Part shown: positions 28,854 through 38,600 of the stretch, in pieces | Numbering within the stretch: position 1 is the stretch's first letter | Layout: every line of letters starts with the position of its first letter | Origin: Pelagibacteraceae bacterium AG-390-L03 | GTDB lineage: Bacteria; Pseudomonadota; Alphaproteobacteria; Pelagibacterales; Pelagibacteraceae | Reading direction: 5' to 3' | Assembly (NCBI GenBank): GCA_003279685.1 | Contig: QCHA01000002.1 | Coordinates: 16,303 to 80,302 of the forward strand | Length of the DNA: 64,000 bases | Translations under genes and position numbers: made by a program | The notes under the pieces: generated by a model | Told to the model about the DNA's origin: nothing | What the model saw: the letters and a program-made list of their open reading frames with translations, nothing else | The model's database searches: none

Positions 28854-30020
28854 CTACCAGGCTGCCTCATATATGTTAAGAGCGTCATTTTCAGTCAGTT
28901 CTCTTGGGTTATTCACTAATAAACGAGTTTGTTTCATTGCATCTGATGCCATTTTTTTACATGCCTCTTTTGGAATATTTACCTCTCTTAATCTTTGAGG
29001 AAGTCCAATTTTTTGTGACAAACTCTCTAATCGATCAATAAATTCTTTGCATACTGCTTGGCTCCCCTTTTCAGTGTTAATATCTTGGAAAACAAATGGG
29101 GCTAATTCAGCATAATTTTTTGTTGTTTTGCTATCTACACTATTAAATCTTAAAACGTATGGAAGAACTAAAGAGTTTGACAATCCATGAGACACATGAA
29201 AAGTTCCTCCAATCGGATAGGCAAGAGCATGGACTGCTGCAACAGGAGAATTAGCAAATGCTTTCCCAGCTAACATTGCTCCAATTAACATGTTGCCTCT
29301 AGCCTCAATATTCGAACCATCAAATACAGCTTTTTCTATTGAACCCGACAAAAGTTTTAGTGCTTCGATAGCTAACATTTTTGAAATTGGATTATTATTT
29401 TTGTTTGATGAAGTATAACCCTCTATAGCATGAACCATAGCGTCAATTCCTGTAGCTGCTGTTGTGTGTGCTGGTAATCCAATTGTTAAATCTGGATCTA
29501 AAATTGCAATATCAGGTAAAATTATTGGCGAAGAAACTCCTTTCTTTTCTTCATCTCCAACTGTTATGATAGATATAGGAGTTACCTCCGAGCCTGTTCC
29601 AGCTGTAGTCGGTATTAAAATTAATGGTAATCTTGGACCTTTAGCATTAGAAACACCCCAGGCGTCTTCAATATTTTCATTTGAACCTAAAATTAAAGAA
29701 GTTAATTTAGCTACATCCATTGAAGATCCTCCCCCAAATCCAATAACACCTGTAGCATTAATTTTTTTTCCAACTTCTATAGAGTGTAGAAGTGTTTTAA
29801 TTGAAGGATCTGCTTCTACATCTTGAAAAACTTCAACTATTGATGAATATTTATTTAGTTCAGTTAGAGTTGGTTCAGTTAAATTTAAAGACATCAACCC
29901 TTTATCAGTTATAAATAAAACATTTGGTCCCAGTTTTTTTGAAATTTCTTCAACACATATTTTAGACATTCCACTTCCAAATCTAATTCCTGAAGTAGTA
30001 TTAAATGTAAAATTATTCAT
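28854..30020 (-). CDS. Iron-containing alcohol dehydrogenase (AttL/BlcB-like)
   Basis: GGGSSMDVAK, PTTAGTGSEVT, GIDAMVHAIE, AVHALAYP, HGLSN. Confidence 0.88.
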   Translation of the reverse strand: MNNFTFNTTSGIRFGSGMSKICVEEISKKLGPNVLFITDKGLMSLNLTEPTLTELNKYSSIVEVFQDVEADPSIKTLLHSIEVGKKINATGVIGFGGGSSMDVAKLTSLILGSNENIEDAWGVSNAKGPRLPLILIPTTAGTGSEVTPISIITVGDEEKKGVSSPIILPDIAILDPDLTIGLPAHTTAATGIDAMVHAIEGYTSSNKNNNPISKMLAIEALKLLSGSIEKAVFDGSNIEARGNMLIGAMLAGKAFANSPVAAVHALAYPIGGTFHVSHGLSNSLVLPYVLRFNSVDSKTTKNYAELAPFVFQDINTEKGSQAVCKEFIDRLESLSQKIGLPQRLREVNIPKEACKKMASDAMKQTRLLVNNPRELTENDALNIYEAAW

Positions 30021-30031
30021 ACCCCTAATTC

Positions 30032-32098
30032 CTAAACGTAATAAACATAAAATATTATTGAAAATATAGCTAGACCAATTAATATTAAGATCCAGCCATA
30101 GCCAGTTCCTAAATTATCTAAATAATTTTTTTCTCCCGAAACTTCATCTGGATGTTTGTGAAGATCACCAGACTGTATTGGTTTATTTGGTAAAGTTGAT
30201 AAATCCATTTTACTTGCTAAAAACCAAATCAAACCAATTCCAAAAAACCACCATATTAATTGATATCCCCATAATGAAGGTATCTTTAAAATCCAAGATT
30301 CATATCCTGCATTTGGAGCGCCAAAAAAATTATTTCCAAGAACTTGTCCTGGACCTACTCCAAAGAATAACCATATAAGTGCAATAACATATGCAAATGA
30401 TCTTAATTTTGTTCTACTCGGATGAAGGCCCATGTGTTCATTTAAAAAATCATGAAATTTTTGACGATAATCTCTATCATTATCTACTTTTGCTATTGAT
30501 GAAAACGCTGAGACTGAAAAACAAATAAATACATTGAATAATAAGCCCCAAACACCTGAATGAATAGTCAATGGCCATCTTCCCCAAGGCAATCTATTTC
30601 CTGAAATTTGCTGACCAATAGTTTCTGTTAAAATAACAATTATTATTCCAATTATTATACCAGATATAGCGGCTCCTCTTGTTATCCATGGAAACCAGAC
30701 AAGACCAAGTAGAACAATTAAAAATTGAAAAGCTATAGCAATTGAAATACCACTAAAAATAATCATAGCAGGTTTGGCAAATGTAGCTAGATAAAGTGAG
30801 GCCAGAAACATTAACATCATAATTATACGAGCTGCTCTTCGCTCCTTCTCCCAGTTCGAGTTCTTATCTACGTAAGCTTTATAAAAATCTCTAGTAACGA
30901 TGCTACCTGAAGTCATTAAAAGGGCAGCTGCTGTAGATTGAAGTGCAGCAACTAATCCAACAGCCAATAAACCAGTTAACCATAAGGCATGTTTGTCCAT
31001 TAAACCGATAATATGATAAACAATTGATGAATGATCTTTACTTGAAACTTCTGGTAAAAGCTTATTAACGAAAAGACCATTATTATTAATTTCAGCACTA
31101 GCCCCCAATAAAATTGCTCCAATTCCTTGAAAAGTTGTAAATATAAATAATAATAAACCAACAATAACTGCAGATCCCCATATTTGGTAATAAGAAAAAG
31201 CTTTAGGGTGTTTTGCTGTATAGCTTAACATTGAAAATGATGGTGACAGTACTATTCCCATAAAAGAAATTGTAAATGTAAATATCATCATCGCAGTCCA
31301 AGGACCTCCAATTGCTTCATTTTTTCCTAAACCAGCTACCCATTGTATAACACCTGGTAATGCGAAATAACCGTTATAGTCACCTCCTCCATAACCATTT
31401 GTATTTCCCCAAAAACTAATTTTTGTATTTGCTATTTTTGCTAATGATTTACCAAAAGTTTCTATATCTCCTATAAAGGAATAAGTGATTAATCCTAAAA
31501 TAATTATTGTTAAAAAATAAAGCCAAGATTGAACTACACCTACACTAAAAATAGATTTAAAACCTCCTCTTGTTACATAGAATAATACAATGATTGAAAT
31601 TACCCACATTCCTAATTCTCTAGAAACATACTCACCAGTTAATGTATTTATAAGATAACCTGTTGCTCCAAATAAAACAGCAAGTAAGGGTATTGCGAAA
31701 AAAAAAGTTACCAAAACAGAAATAATTCTAATGGTATCACTTTTATAGTAATCATAATACATTTCACCAGGAGTAATGTATCCAAATTTTCTGCTTAGCA
31801 TCCATTGTCTTTTAAAAAAAAATATACTCCCTAAAGGAACAGTTATAGCAATAAAAGCCGTACCAACATATTGAAAGCCATCATGAAAGATAAGGCTGGT
31901 TTGAGAAATTACAGTTAAGCCTGCAAACGTTGCGGCTGTTGCTGCAAAGAAAAAAACCCATGAAGAAATACTTCTATTTGCTAGATAATAATTTTCTGGA
32001 TTATCAGAATTATACCTTGATCCTCTAACGCCCCAAAAAAAACAATAGGCAGCATATAATAATATGAAGATAAATAACCAAACTGATTTTTCAGACAT
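30032..32098 (-). CDS. Sodium:solute symporter family protein (start revised to ATG 32098)
   Basis: YYLANRS, ITPGE, GG..S, AALQST, many TM helices. The ORF-track start at 32230 overlaps the upstream gene and reads as a Lys-rich artefact; MSEKSV at 32098 removes the overlap. Confidence 0.85.
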   Translation of the reverse strand: MSEKSVWLFIFILLYAAYCFFWGVRGSRYNSDNPENYYLANRSISSWVFFFAATAATFAGLTVISQTSLIFHDGFQYVGTAFIAITVPLGSIFFFKRQWMLSRKFGYITPGEMYYDYYKSDTIRIISVLVTFFFAIPLLAVLFGATGYLINTLTGEYVSRELGMWVISIIVLFYVTRGGFKSIFSVGVVQSWLYFLTIIILGLITYSFIGDIETFGKSLAKIANTKISFWGNTNGYGGGDYNGYFALPGVIQWVAGLGKNEAIGGPWTAMMIFTFTISFMGIVLSPSFSMLSYTAKHPKAFSYYQIWGSAVIVGLLLFIFTTFQGIGAILLGASAEINNNGLFVNKLLPEVSSKDHSSIVYHIIGLMDKHALWLTGLLAVGLVAALQSTAAALLMTSGSIVTRDFYKAYVDKNSNWEKERRAARIIMMLMFLASLYLATFAKPAMIIFSGISIAIAFQFLIVLLGLVWFPWITRGAAISGIIIGIIIVILTETIGQQISGNRLPWGRWPLTIHSGVWGLLFNVFICFSVSAFSSIAKVDNDRDYRQKFHDFLNEHMGLHPSRTKLRSFAYVIALIWLFFGVGPGQVLGNNFFGAPNAGYESWILKIPSLWGYQLIWWFFGIGLIWFLASKMDLSTLPNKPIQSGDLHKHPDEVSGEKNYLDNLGTGYGWILILIGLAIFSIIFYVYYV

Positions 32099-32132
32099 AT
32101 GACTTGGCCATATCGTAGATCCTTTTGTTAGA

Positions 32133-32498
32133 TTAAGTGCAGCGTCTAGGTGCTGATTCACCTTTTTCTTTTTTAATTCTTTCAGCTTCTTCTTGGGCTT
32201 CTTTAATCGTTGAGTAAGCCTTATCTTCAAATATTATAAATGGTTTAGCTCTATCAGCATTCAATTGAGCAACACACCATTCTTTGTCAGGTTTAGTGCA
32301 CATCACCATATACGCACCAGGTATAGGTCCATATTTTCTATTATTTAATGTAAAAAGGCTTTTTGCCAGTTCATTCAATTTATCTTCATCCAAATTCCCT
32401 AGAGCATTTTTTTCCAAATTATTTAATGGAGTTTTATTGTCTGAACCTAAAATACTTTTTCCACCTGTTCCTTCAGGTCTAGTAAATTGATTGCTCAT
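32133..32498 (-). CDS. Second dimethylformamidase small-subunit-like protein (partial homolog)
   Basis: YMVMCTKPDKEWCVAQLNADRAKPFIIFEDKAYSTIKEA aligns by eye with KYVTVCKKDFEDYRIGIVTGVRGDPVEILEESFSSEEA of the 34878 protein. Confidence 0.55.
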   Translation of the reverse strand: MSNQFTRPEGTGGKSILGSDNKTPLNNLEKNALGNLDEDKLNELAKSLFTLNNRKYGPIPGAYMVMCTKPDKEWCVAQLNADRAKPFIIFEDKAYSTIKEAQEEAERIKKEKGESAPRRCT

Positions 32499-34855
32499 TA
32501 TGGTAATGGTCCATCTTTTAAAAATCCTCTAATTGTATTTTCTAAAATTTTAGAGACATTATTATTGTAATTATTGTAAGACAAACTTCCACAGAAAGAA
32601 AGTGATCCAGGAGCAAACAAAGCTCCATCGTTTGGTGTTTTGTAATAAATCATATCTGCTCTAACCATAGGATTTTCTGTACCTCCGCCGTAATATCCTC
32701 TTACAGTAAAATGAATCTCTTCATTTACTTGCATCATTAAATTTGTATGGTTTTCTGATCTTGCTAATAGATAAGCATTATGAGGTGTTCCAAATTCTAA
32801 ATCATATCTATCAAGCTCAAGTCCTGCTGCACCTCCACCTACTAAGCCAAAATCTCCTATTACTTCATCTTTTCCAACACCATCAAAAATCCAAGAACAT
32901 TCAGGTCGTTCGCTATCAGGAGACCTTTTGTAATAAGAGCTAACATCAAATCCATATGCTGTAAAAGTTAATCCACATACTTTTGATGGTATTCTCCCTC
33001 GAGCTCTCCACATACCTCCATATTTTCCATCAAAGGCATTATTGTATTCTCCTGGGTTTGCAGTCCATGCTCTAGTACCAGCTTCACCTTTTCTTACTTC
33101 AATGATATTTGGATTGTCAGGGTGATACTCGCTAATCCAATAAAAACCATCTGAACCTAAGTATATCCATCTTCCACCATTAAGCTGATATTGCTCATAA
33201 GCTGCTAACATTTTTTCAGAACTATATTCAGGATGTGATCCTGTTAAAACACATTTGTATCTATTTAACAATTCTACACCTTCTAAATGTAAGTCTTCGT
33301 CTGTAACAACATCAAAATCTAAATTTTTTTCTTCTAACCAATCAGTTAAATGCAAATCTGCATTAAGTTGCCAAAGAGAAGGTGATAACCAATGTCTATA
33401 TTTTGGTCTCATATTCAAAATAGGTCTTAGTCTAGATGCAATTGCAACACCACTTCCATCTGAATGTTGAGAGTAAGTTGATAATCCATATTCTCTATGT
33501 TCATTTAAATACAAATCTGATGCTGACATAACTGGTACTTTTCCAGCTAATAATTGAGCTACAACTGAATTAGTACCAAGGTTATCATTAGAATAGGCTA
33601 TGTAACTATTTGTTGGCAAAACAAATAGAAGGTCCGAAGTAGTTTTTCCTTTAGGAGGTTTGATTACAAATGGAATAAAATCCTCTGTTTCTGCTGAATC
33701 TTCACCATTTATTCTTAATCTTGCTGCATAAACTCCACTTTTAATTTTATCTGGGACTTTATAAACAAAATCTACATCCCATCTTGCATCGTCAATATCG
33801 TCATCGTGAAAATGAATGGCACCGTACTCTTCTGGCTTATGATGAAATACCATTTCATCAGCGGTCCAATTGTATCCTGTCATAGCTCTACATGGTAAAT
33901 TTATAATAAAGCCATTAAGATGATTAGATGTCATATCAACAATTAAAGTTGATGCCATATTTTTAGTGATGTTAGCATGAAAATCCCAAGCTCCTATAAC
34001 TTCAGATCTTAGCTCAGAAGTACAACCGCTAAACCCTCTAGCGAGAGACTCTATCTCTGATTTAGATAATGCTTTTTTACTTAATCTTGGCCTATCTATC
34101 TTTCCGTTATAAGTTAAAGTTTGTTCTGGTAATTCAATGGGACTAAGTGCTTCTTTATAATGTCCACCAAAAATATGTCTTCCAGATCTATCATTTAATG
34201 TGCTTGCTGCCATTAAGAATGGAGCATCATTGGCTCTTGGTTTTAAATTACTAATAGATTCAACATAAGCTGTAGTTTCATCAGCTGGATGAAGAAGTGA
34301 CATACCAAGTCCACCGTTAGTAGGTGTAACACAAGGCTCTTGATATAGTTTTAATTTTCCTGTTTCCGCATCATACGTAGCTGCTACTAAGTACCAAACT
34401 TTTCTCATTAATTTCTTTTCACTAGAAACTGAAGTTGTTTGCCCTCCTCCGTCTCCAATCATTACTGATAAACAACTATTCTCATCTATAAATAACCCAT
34501 AGCCACTTTGAGTTTTATCATTCCATTTTGTTAAGATTCCCTGTTTACCTTTGTCTGGTGTTGTAGGGAAAATATAAGCCTGTAGAGTAAAGCTTGTTGT
34601 ATTTAATCTTTCATCTTGAGGTATTACAATATAGGAGCCTCCATGAATTTTTTGATTTTTTCCTTGATAATTTCTATTACATTCAGCACCTATCTCTTCA
34701 TCTTTATACCCTGGTCCTTCAGGATTTGTGTCTCCATGAATTAATCTAACAATTTGAACCTCATAATTTTCATTTTTCTCTGCATTAACATAAAATTTAA
34801 TCTCTTCACCTGGAAAAGATGTGTACTTATCGCTATATCCTGTAATTCTTAACAT
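32498..34855 (-). CDS. dmfA2: N,N-dimethylformamidase large (beta) subunit family protein
   Basis: ITGYSDKY start, LamG-like N-terminal part, WDFH, NSYIAYSN, GLSTY, GSHPEY, GFYW, GLELDR, VRADM. Confidence 0.88.
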   Translation of the reverse strand: MLRITGYSDKYTSFPGEEIKFYVNAEKNENYEVQIVRLIHGDTNPEGPGYKDEEIGAECNRNYQGKNQKIHGGSYIVIPQDERLNTTSFTLQAYIFPTTPDKGKQGILTKWNDKTQSGYGLFIDENSCLSVMIGDGGGQTTSVSSEKKLMRKVWYLVAATYDAETGKLKLYQEPCVTPTNGGLGMSLLHPADETTAYVESISNLKPRANDAPFLMAASTLNDRSGRHIFGGHYKEALSPIELPEQTLTYNGKIDRPRLSKKALSKSEIESLARGFSGCTSELRSEVIGAWDFHANITKNMASTLIVDMTSNHLNGFIINLPCRAMTGYNWTADEMVFHHKPEEYGAIHFHDDDIDDARWDVDFVYKVPDKIKSGVYAARLRINGEDSAETEDFIPFVIKPPKGKTTSDLLFVLPTNSYIAYSNDNLGTNSVVAQLLAGKVPVMSASDLYLNEHREYGLSTYSQHSDGSGVAIASRLRPILNMRPKYRHWLSPSLWQLNADLHLTDWLEEKNLDFDVVTDEDLHLEGVELLNRYKCVLTGSHPEYSSEKMLAAYEQYQLNGGRWIYLGSDGFYWISEYHPDNPNIIEVRKGEAGTRAWTANPGEYNNAFDGKYGGMWRARGRIPSKVCGLTFTAYGFDVSSYYKRSPDSERPECSWIFDGVGKDEVIGDFGLVGGGAAGLELDRYDLEFGTPHNAYLLARSENHTNLMMQVNEEIHFTVRGYYGGGTENPMVRADMIYYKTPNDGALFAPGSLSFCGSLSYNNYNNNVSKILENTIRGFLKDGPLP

Positions 34856-34877
34856 TTTATATGCCTTTTAATTTTGA

Positions 34878-35303
34878 TCATTGTCCATGTCTTTCTAAAA
34901 GATCTAAAATTCTTTTTAAAAAAATTGCATGTTCGACAGCTTCTTCAGAAGAAAAAGATTCTTCTAAAATTTCAACTGGATCTCCTCTTACTCCTGTAAC
35001 TATTCCAATTCTATAATCTTCAAAATCTTTTTTACATACCGTTACATATTTTTTAATTGCCATTGGTTGTCTTCGAAGTTTATCTAAAACAATTTGAAGT
35101 TCTTTACTATGTTCAACCATTGGCTGACCTTTATGAGGTTGTGGGGCTCGACCAACTGGAGTTGCTCTGTGTTCTTCTATTAATTTGTTTCTCATTTTTT
35201 CATCTCTTAATAGTGGTAATACATATTTTTCAGTAATATAATCATCAGTACTTGTGTGACCAAGATTAAGTTGAACTCCTGTTTTATCTTTTTCCATATC
35301 CAC
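34878..35303 (-). CDS. dmfA1: N,N-dimethylformamidase small (alpha) subunit-like protein
   Basis: LIEEHRATPVG, HSKELQIVLDKLRRQP, EHAIFLKRI; immediately upstream of the large subunit. Confidence 0.75.
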   Translation of the reverse strand: MDMEKDKTGVQLNLGHTSTDDYITEKYVLPLLRDEKMRNKLIEEHRATPVGRAPQPHKGQPMVEHSKELQIVLDKLRRQPMAIKKYVTVCKKDFEDYRIGIVTGVRGDPVEILEESFSSEEAVEHAIFLKRILDLLERHGQ

Positions 35304-35317
35304 TCCTAGTAACTAAA

Positions 35318-36172
35318 TTACTTATTGGTCCTTTCTTGGATTATTTTCAGAGCTTCTATTAAGTAAACTCTAAATAACTCATGATTTTCACTCATTGGAA
35401 AATGCCCTATATCAGGCATTTCAATATAAACTCCGCCTTTAATTTGTCTTGCTGTATTTTCAGTAGCTTCAGGTGGTGTTAAATAATCATAAGTTCCAGT
35501 CATCATTATTACTGGACATTTATGACCATCAATATTCTTCAATTCATTTCTTAAGTCATGATCAACGGAATAAAAATATAAATCACCTTTAAATGCCTCA
35601 GATCCCTGAGTGTAATAATGCCATGTCAACCATCTATCTTTTTCAGGTGATTGAGGTGCCATTAAATCCCACGTACCACTTCCACAAACTTGAGCTGCGT
35701 TTGCATGTGGATGTCTCCACCAATCTAAATAGAAACCTGGCGCATGATCTGCTGCCTCAACTGGAATAACGGCTCTAAATTTATTAGGATGACGAAGGGC
35801 TAATTGCAACGCTACATTTCCTCCAAAAGAAGACCCCATAAAAATAGGATTTTTTAAATCTAATGCTTCACATAATTTAATTATAAAATTACAATAATGT
35901 TCTGCAGTTAGTTTGTATTCTTCTTTCCAAAATTCTTTATTATGTGGAGGGTCTGATTTACCATGTCTAGGTAAGTCATATGCAATTACATTGTAATTTT
36001 TTATAATTTCTTCATCTTCAAGAAGTCCTCTCCATTGATGATTATGACAACCCGCAGTATGTTGACAGATTAATGGTATTCCTTTTCCATTTTGAAGATA
36101 AAAAACTTTATATTCACAATCATCTACTTCAATAGTAACATACCGCCCTACTACACTGTGATGCTTTACCAT
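35318..36172 (-). CDS. Alpha/beta hydrolase
   Basis: YDLPRHGKS, nucleophile elbow GSSFGG, GTYD, GHFP. Confidence 0.85.
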   Translation of the reverse strand: MVKHHSVVGRYVTIEVDDCEYKVFYLQNGKGIPLICQHTAGCHNHQWRGLLEDEEIIKNYNVIAYDLPRHGKSDPPHNKEFWKEEYKLTAEHYCNFIIKLCEALDLKNPIFMGSSFGGNVALQLALRHPNKFRAVIPVEAADHAPGFYLDWWRHPHANAAQVCGSGTWDLMAPQSPEKDRWLTWHYYTQGSEAFKGDLYFYSVDHDLRNELKNIDGHKCPVIMMTGTYDYLTPPEATENTARQIKGGVYIEMPDIGHFPMSENHELFRVYLIEALKIIQERTNK

Positions 36173-36205
36173 TTTTTAAATCCTTTTAATTCAATAAAAT
36201 TCATC

Positions 36206-36595
36206 TTATACGGGAACTCCTGATTTTCTTAATAGTTCAAATTGAACAGTAAAATTTCTTAAATTTTTCATTAAAATTAAATGATTGCCCTCTATTTTTA
36301 AATCTTTTCTAAAACTTGCTGACCAAATACCATGATACATAGGTTTAGGTATTGGCTGACTAAATTCTTTCCAAGTGTTTGCGGAAGCCCTTAAAGCGAA
36401 ATCATATGGGTCTAATGGGCCTGGGTTAGTATTAATATTTTTCACTTTTCCATCATGCATTTCAATAATGACTTTTGCTTTTTCCATATCAAACATAAAT
36501 GAGCATGAATAATATTTTGCCATAGCAGCAATAGTTTCATCACTATTTGTAAGATCTTCGTACTTTTTTGCCCAATTATTCAAATCACTACTCAT
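36206..36595 (-). CDS. SCP2/sterol-carrier-like domain protein
   Basis: 129 aa; IEMHDGKV, DFALRAS..TW, LKIEGN..LM fit an SCP2-like fold; weak. Confidence 0.5.
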   Translation of the reverse strand: MSSDLNNWAKKYEDLTNSDETIAAMAKYYSCSFMFDMEKAKVIIEMHDGKVKNINTNPGPLDPYDFALRASANTWKEFSQPIPKPMYHGIWSASFRKDLKIEGNHLILMKNLRNFTVQFELLRKSGVPV

Positions 36596-36609
36596 ATATC
36601 TTTAACTCT

Positions 36610-38586
36610 TTATTTAGAACTTTTAGGTCCTTTAGTTGGATCATTATCAAAATTCATATGATAATCTTTTTTCGGATTTTCATAATCGCCTAAAATATTT
36701 CTAATATTACTTATTTCACCTGGTGCCATTCCAATTTCTTTAAGTAAACTATCTAAGAAAGGTTGATGAGCTCTGTAACGTAATGCAGAACTAACTACAT
36801 TGTCTGCTAAATTACCGCTTCTTGCAGATCCACCTGTACCATCAGATGCTTCTCCACCGCCTCCTCCAGTGCTGGATGTTCCGCTAAAGCCTGGCAAACC
36901 ATTAACATCAACAATTTTAATATCTCCAATGTTAGCCATTGGTTTAACACTTTCTCTAATGATTGACTCAATCTTATCAGCAAGTTTTAAACGTAATGCA
37001 CTTCTTCTACTTGCATCACTTCTAAGATTTTCAGCAGAGTTTAATGCTTCTTTACCTGCAGCATCTATCTCATATCTTAATTTTGCAGCCATAGTTGCAT
37101 GTCTATCTTGCTCAGCTCTAGATGCAGCTGTTATTACATCTACTTTTTTAATCCCTTGTGCTTTTTCAACATATCTAGCTGAATTAGCTTTTTCTTCTGC
37201 TTCTATAGCTCTAGCTCTAGAATTTTCTTCTTCAGCTTTTGATTTTAAAACCTGTTTCGACTTATTAATCACTTCAAGATTTTTTTGATGCTCTTCAATA
37301 CTTAATCTTTTAGCTTTTTCTATATCAAGAAGTCTCACTACTCTTTCAGATTCAATTCTATGTGAGTCTATATTTTTTTGTTGTTCAATCTTGGCATTTT
37401 TAACTTGTTGTTCTGAAACAATTTGAGCTTCTTCAGCCTCCTTTTGTCTTTCAGATTGTTCTTTTATAATAGCAGCTTTTTCTTGAGCTCGTTTGATATC
37501 AACTTGTCTTTGCTTTTCAAGTCTTGCATATTCACTTTCTTTATCAAGATTTAAAATTTTAACTTCTGTTTCTAAATCTTTTTGTCTTATTTCAAACGCT
37601 GAATTTTTCTCTAATTCATTTTGCTCTTTTCTTCTTTTTTCGATTTCTTCAATAAGTCTTGTTTCTGTTAATTTTCTTTCAACCTCGATAACTTGATTTT
37701 GTGAAATTTTTGCAACTTCAATTTGTTCTTGACTTCTTATTTCAGCTTCTTCTGCTTCTCTTTCTTTCTCAGCTTTTTCTTTTATTGTCTCTGTTTTTTC
37801 TTTAGCTCTTTGAATAGCTATTTCTCTTTCTTGTTGATACTTAGAAAACTCCTCATTTTTCTTAATTTCTAATTCTTTTTGAACTGTCTCTAAATTTTTA
37901 TTTTCAATTGAAATTTTTGTATCTTGAGTAATATCATTTCTCTTTTTCTTTCTCTCTTCAATTTGCTCAGTCAATTGAGTTAAACCCTGAGAGTCAAAAG
38001 TATTAGCAGGATTAAACATTTCAATCGGTGCTTGATCAAGAGAGATGATAGAAACTGTTTCAAGTGCCAATCCAGTATGCCCTATTGATTCATTTGCAAT
38101 GTTTGCAACTTGTTTAACAAATTGACCTCTATTTTCTTGTATTTCATCTAAGGTCATTTTTGCTGCAACTTCTCCAAGGGCGTCTGCAAAACGACCAGCA
38201 ACAACCTCTTTTAAATGTTCTGGATCAAGAGTTCTGTTACCTAAAGTTTGTGCTGCAGTTGATACTGCTTTAGCCTCTGGTGGAACTTTCGTAAAAAATT
38301 CTGTAACAAGTTCTGCTCTCATTCTATCTTTTGTAATTAGAGATTTGTCACCTGCTCTCTTTATATTTAGACTAAGTGTACGCATTCCTACTTGTGTAAT
38401 ATTATGAATTATAGGTAAGACAAACGCACCACCAGATATAACAACTTTTTCCCCTAACATACCTGTACGTACAAACGAAACTTCTTTTGATGATCGTCTG
38501 TATAACCAATGTAATAAGTAAACTATAATCGCAATTGCAAGTGCGACTAAAATTATACCTGCTATTATGTCTGCTCCTTTAGTCAT
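36610..38586 (-). CDS. Flotillin (SPFH domain, long E/K/Q coiled coil, Flot C-terminal domain)
   Basis: N-terminal TM, FVRTG, LITKDRMRA, NTFDSQGLT, long coiled coil, SVKPMANIGDIKIVDV. Confidence 0.92.
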   Translation of the reverse strand: MTKGADIIAGIILVALAIAIIVYLLHWLYRRSSKEVSFVRTGMLGEKVVISGGAFVLPIIHNITQVGMRTLSLNIKRAGDKSLITKDRMRAELVTEFFTKVPPEAKAVSTAAQTLGNRTLDPEHLKEVVAGRFADALGEVAAKMTLDEIQENRGQFVKQVANIANESIGHTGLALETVSIISLDQAPIEMFNPANTFDSQGLTQLTEQIEERKKKRNDITQDTKISIENKNLETVQKELEIKKNEEFSKYQQEREIAIQRAKEKTETIKEKAEKEREAEEAEIRSQEQIEVAKISQNQVIEVERKLTETRLIEEIEKRRKEQNELEKNSAFEIRQKDLETEVKILNLDKESEYARLEKQRQVDIKRAQEKAAIIKEQSERQKEAEEAQIVSEQQVKNAKIEQQKNIDSHRIESERVVRLLDIEKAKRLSIEEHQKNLEVINKSKQVLKSKAEEENSRARAIEAEEKANSARYVEKAQGIKKVDVITAASRAEQDRHATMAAKLRYEIDAAGKEALNSAENLRSDASRRSALRLKLADKIESIIRESVKPMANIGDIKIVDVNGLPGFSGTSSTGGGGGEASDGTGGSARSGNLADNVVSSALRYRAHQPFLDSLLKEIGMAPGEISNIRNILGDYENPKKDYHMNFDNDPTKGPKSSK

Positions 38587-38600
38587 ATATTATTCCCCCC

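Noticed and set aside
32099-32230. Lys-rich 44-aa N-terminal extension of the symporter
   Set aside because: Alternate frame of the 121-aa gene's 3' end; the ATG at 32098 gives a normal start without overlap.
37080-37950. Apparent short repeats in flotillin DNA
   Set aside because: Explained by the E/K/Q/A coiled coil; not a CRISPR or tandem DNA repeat.
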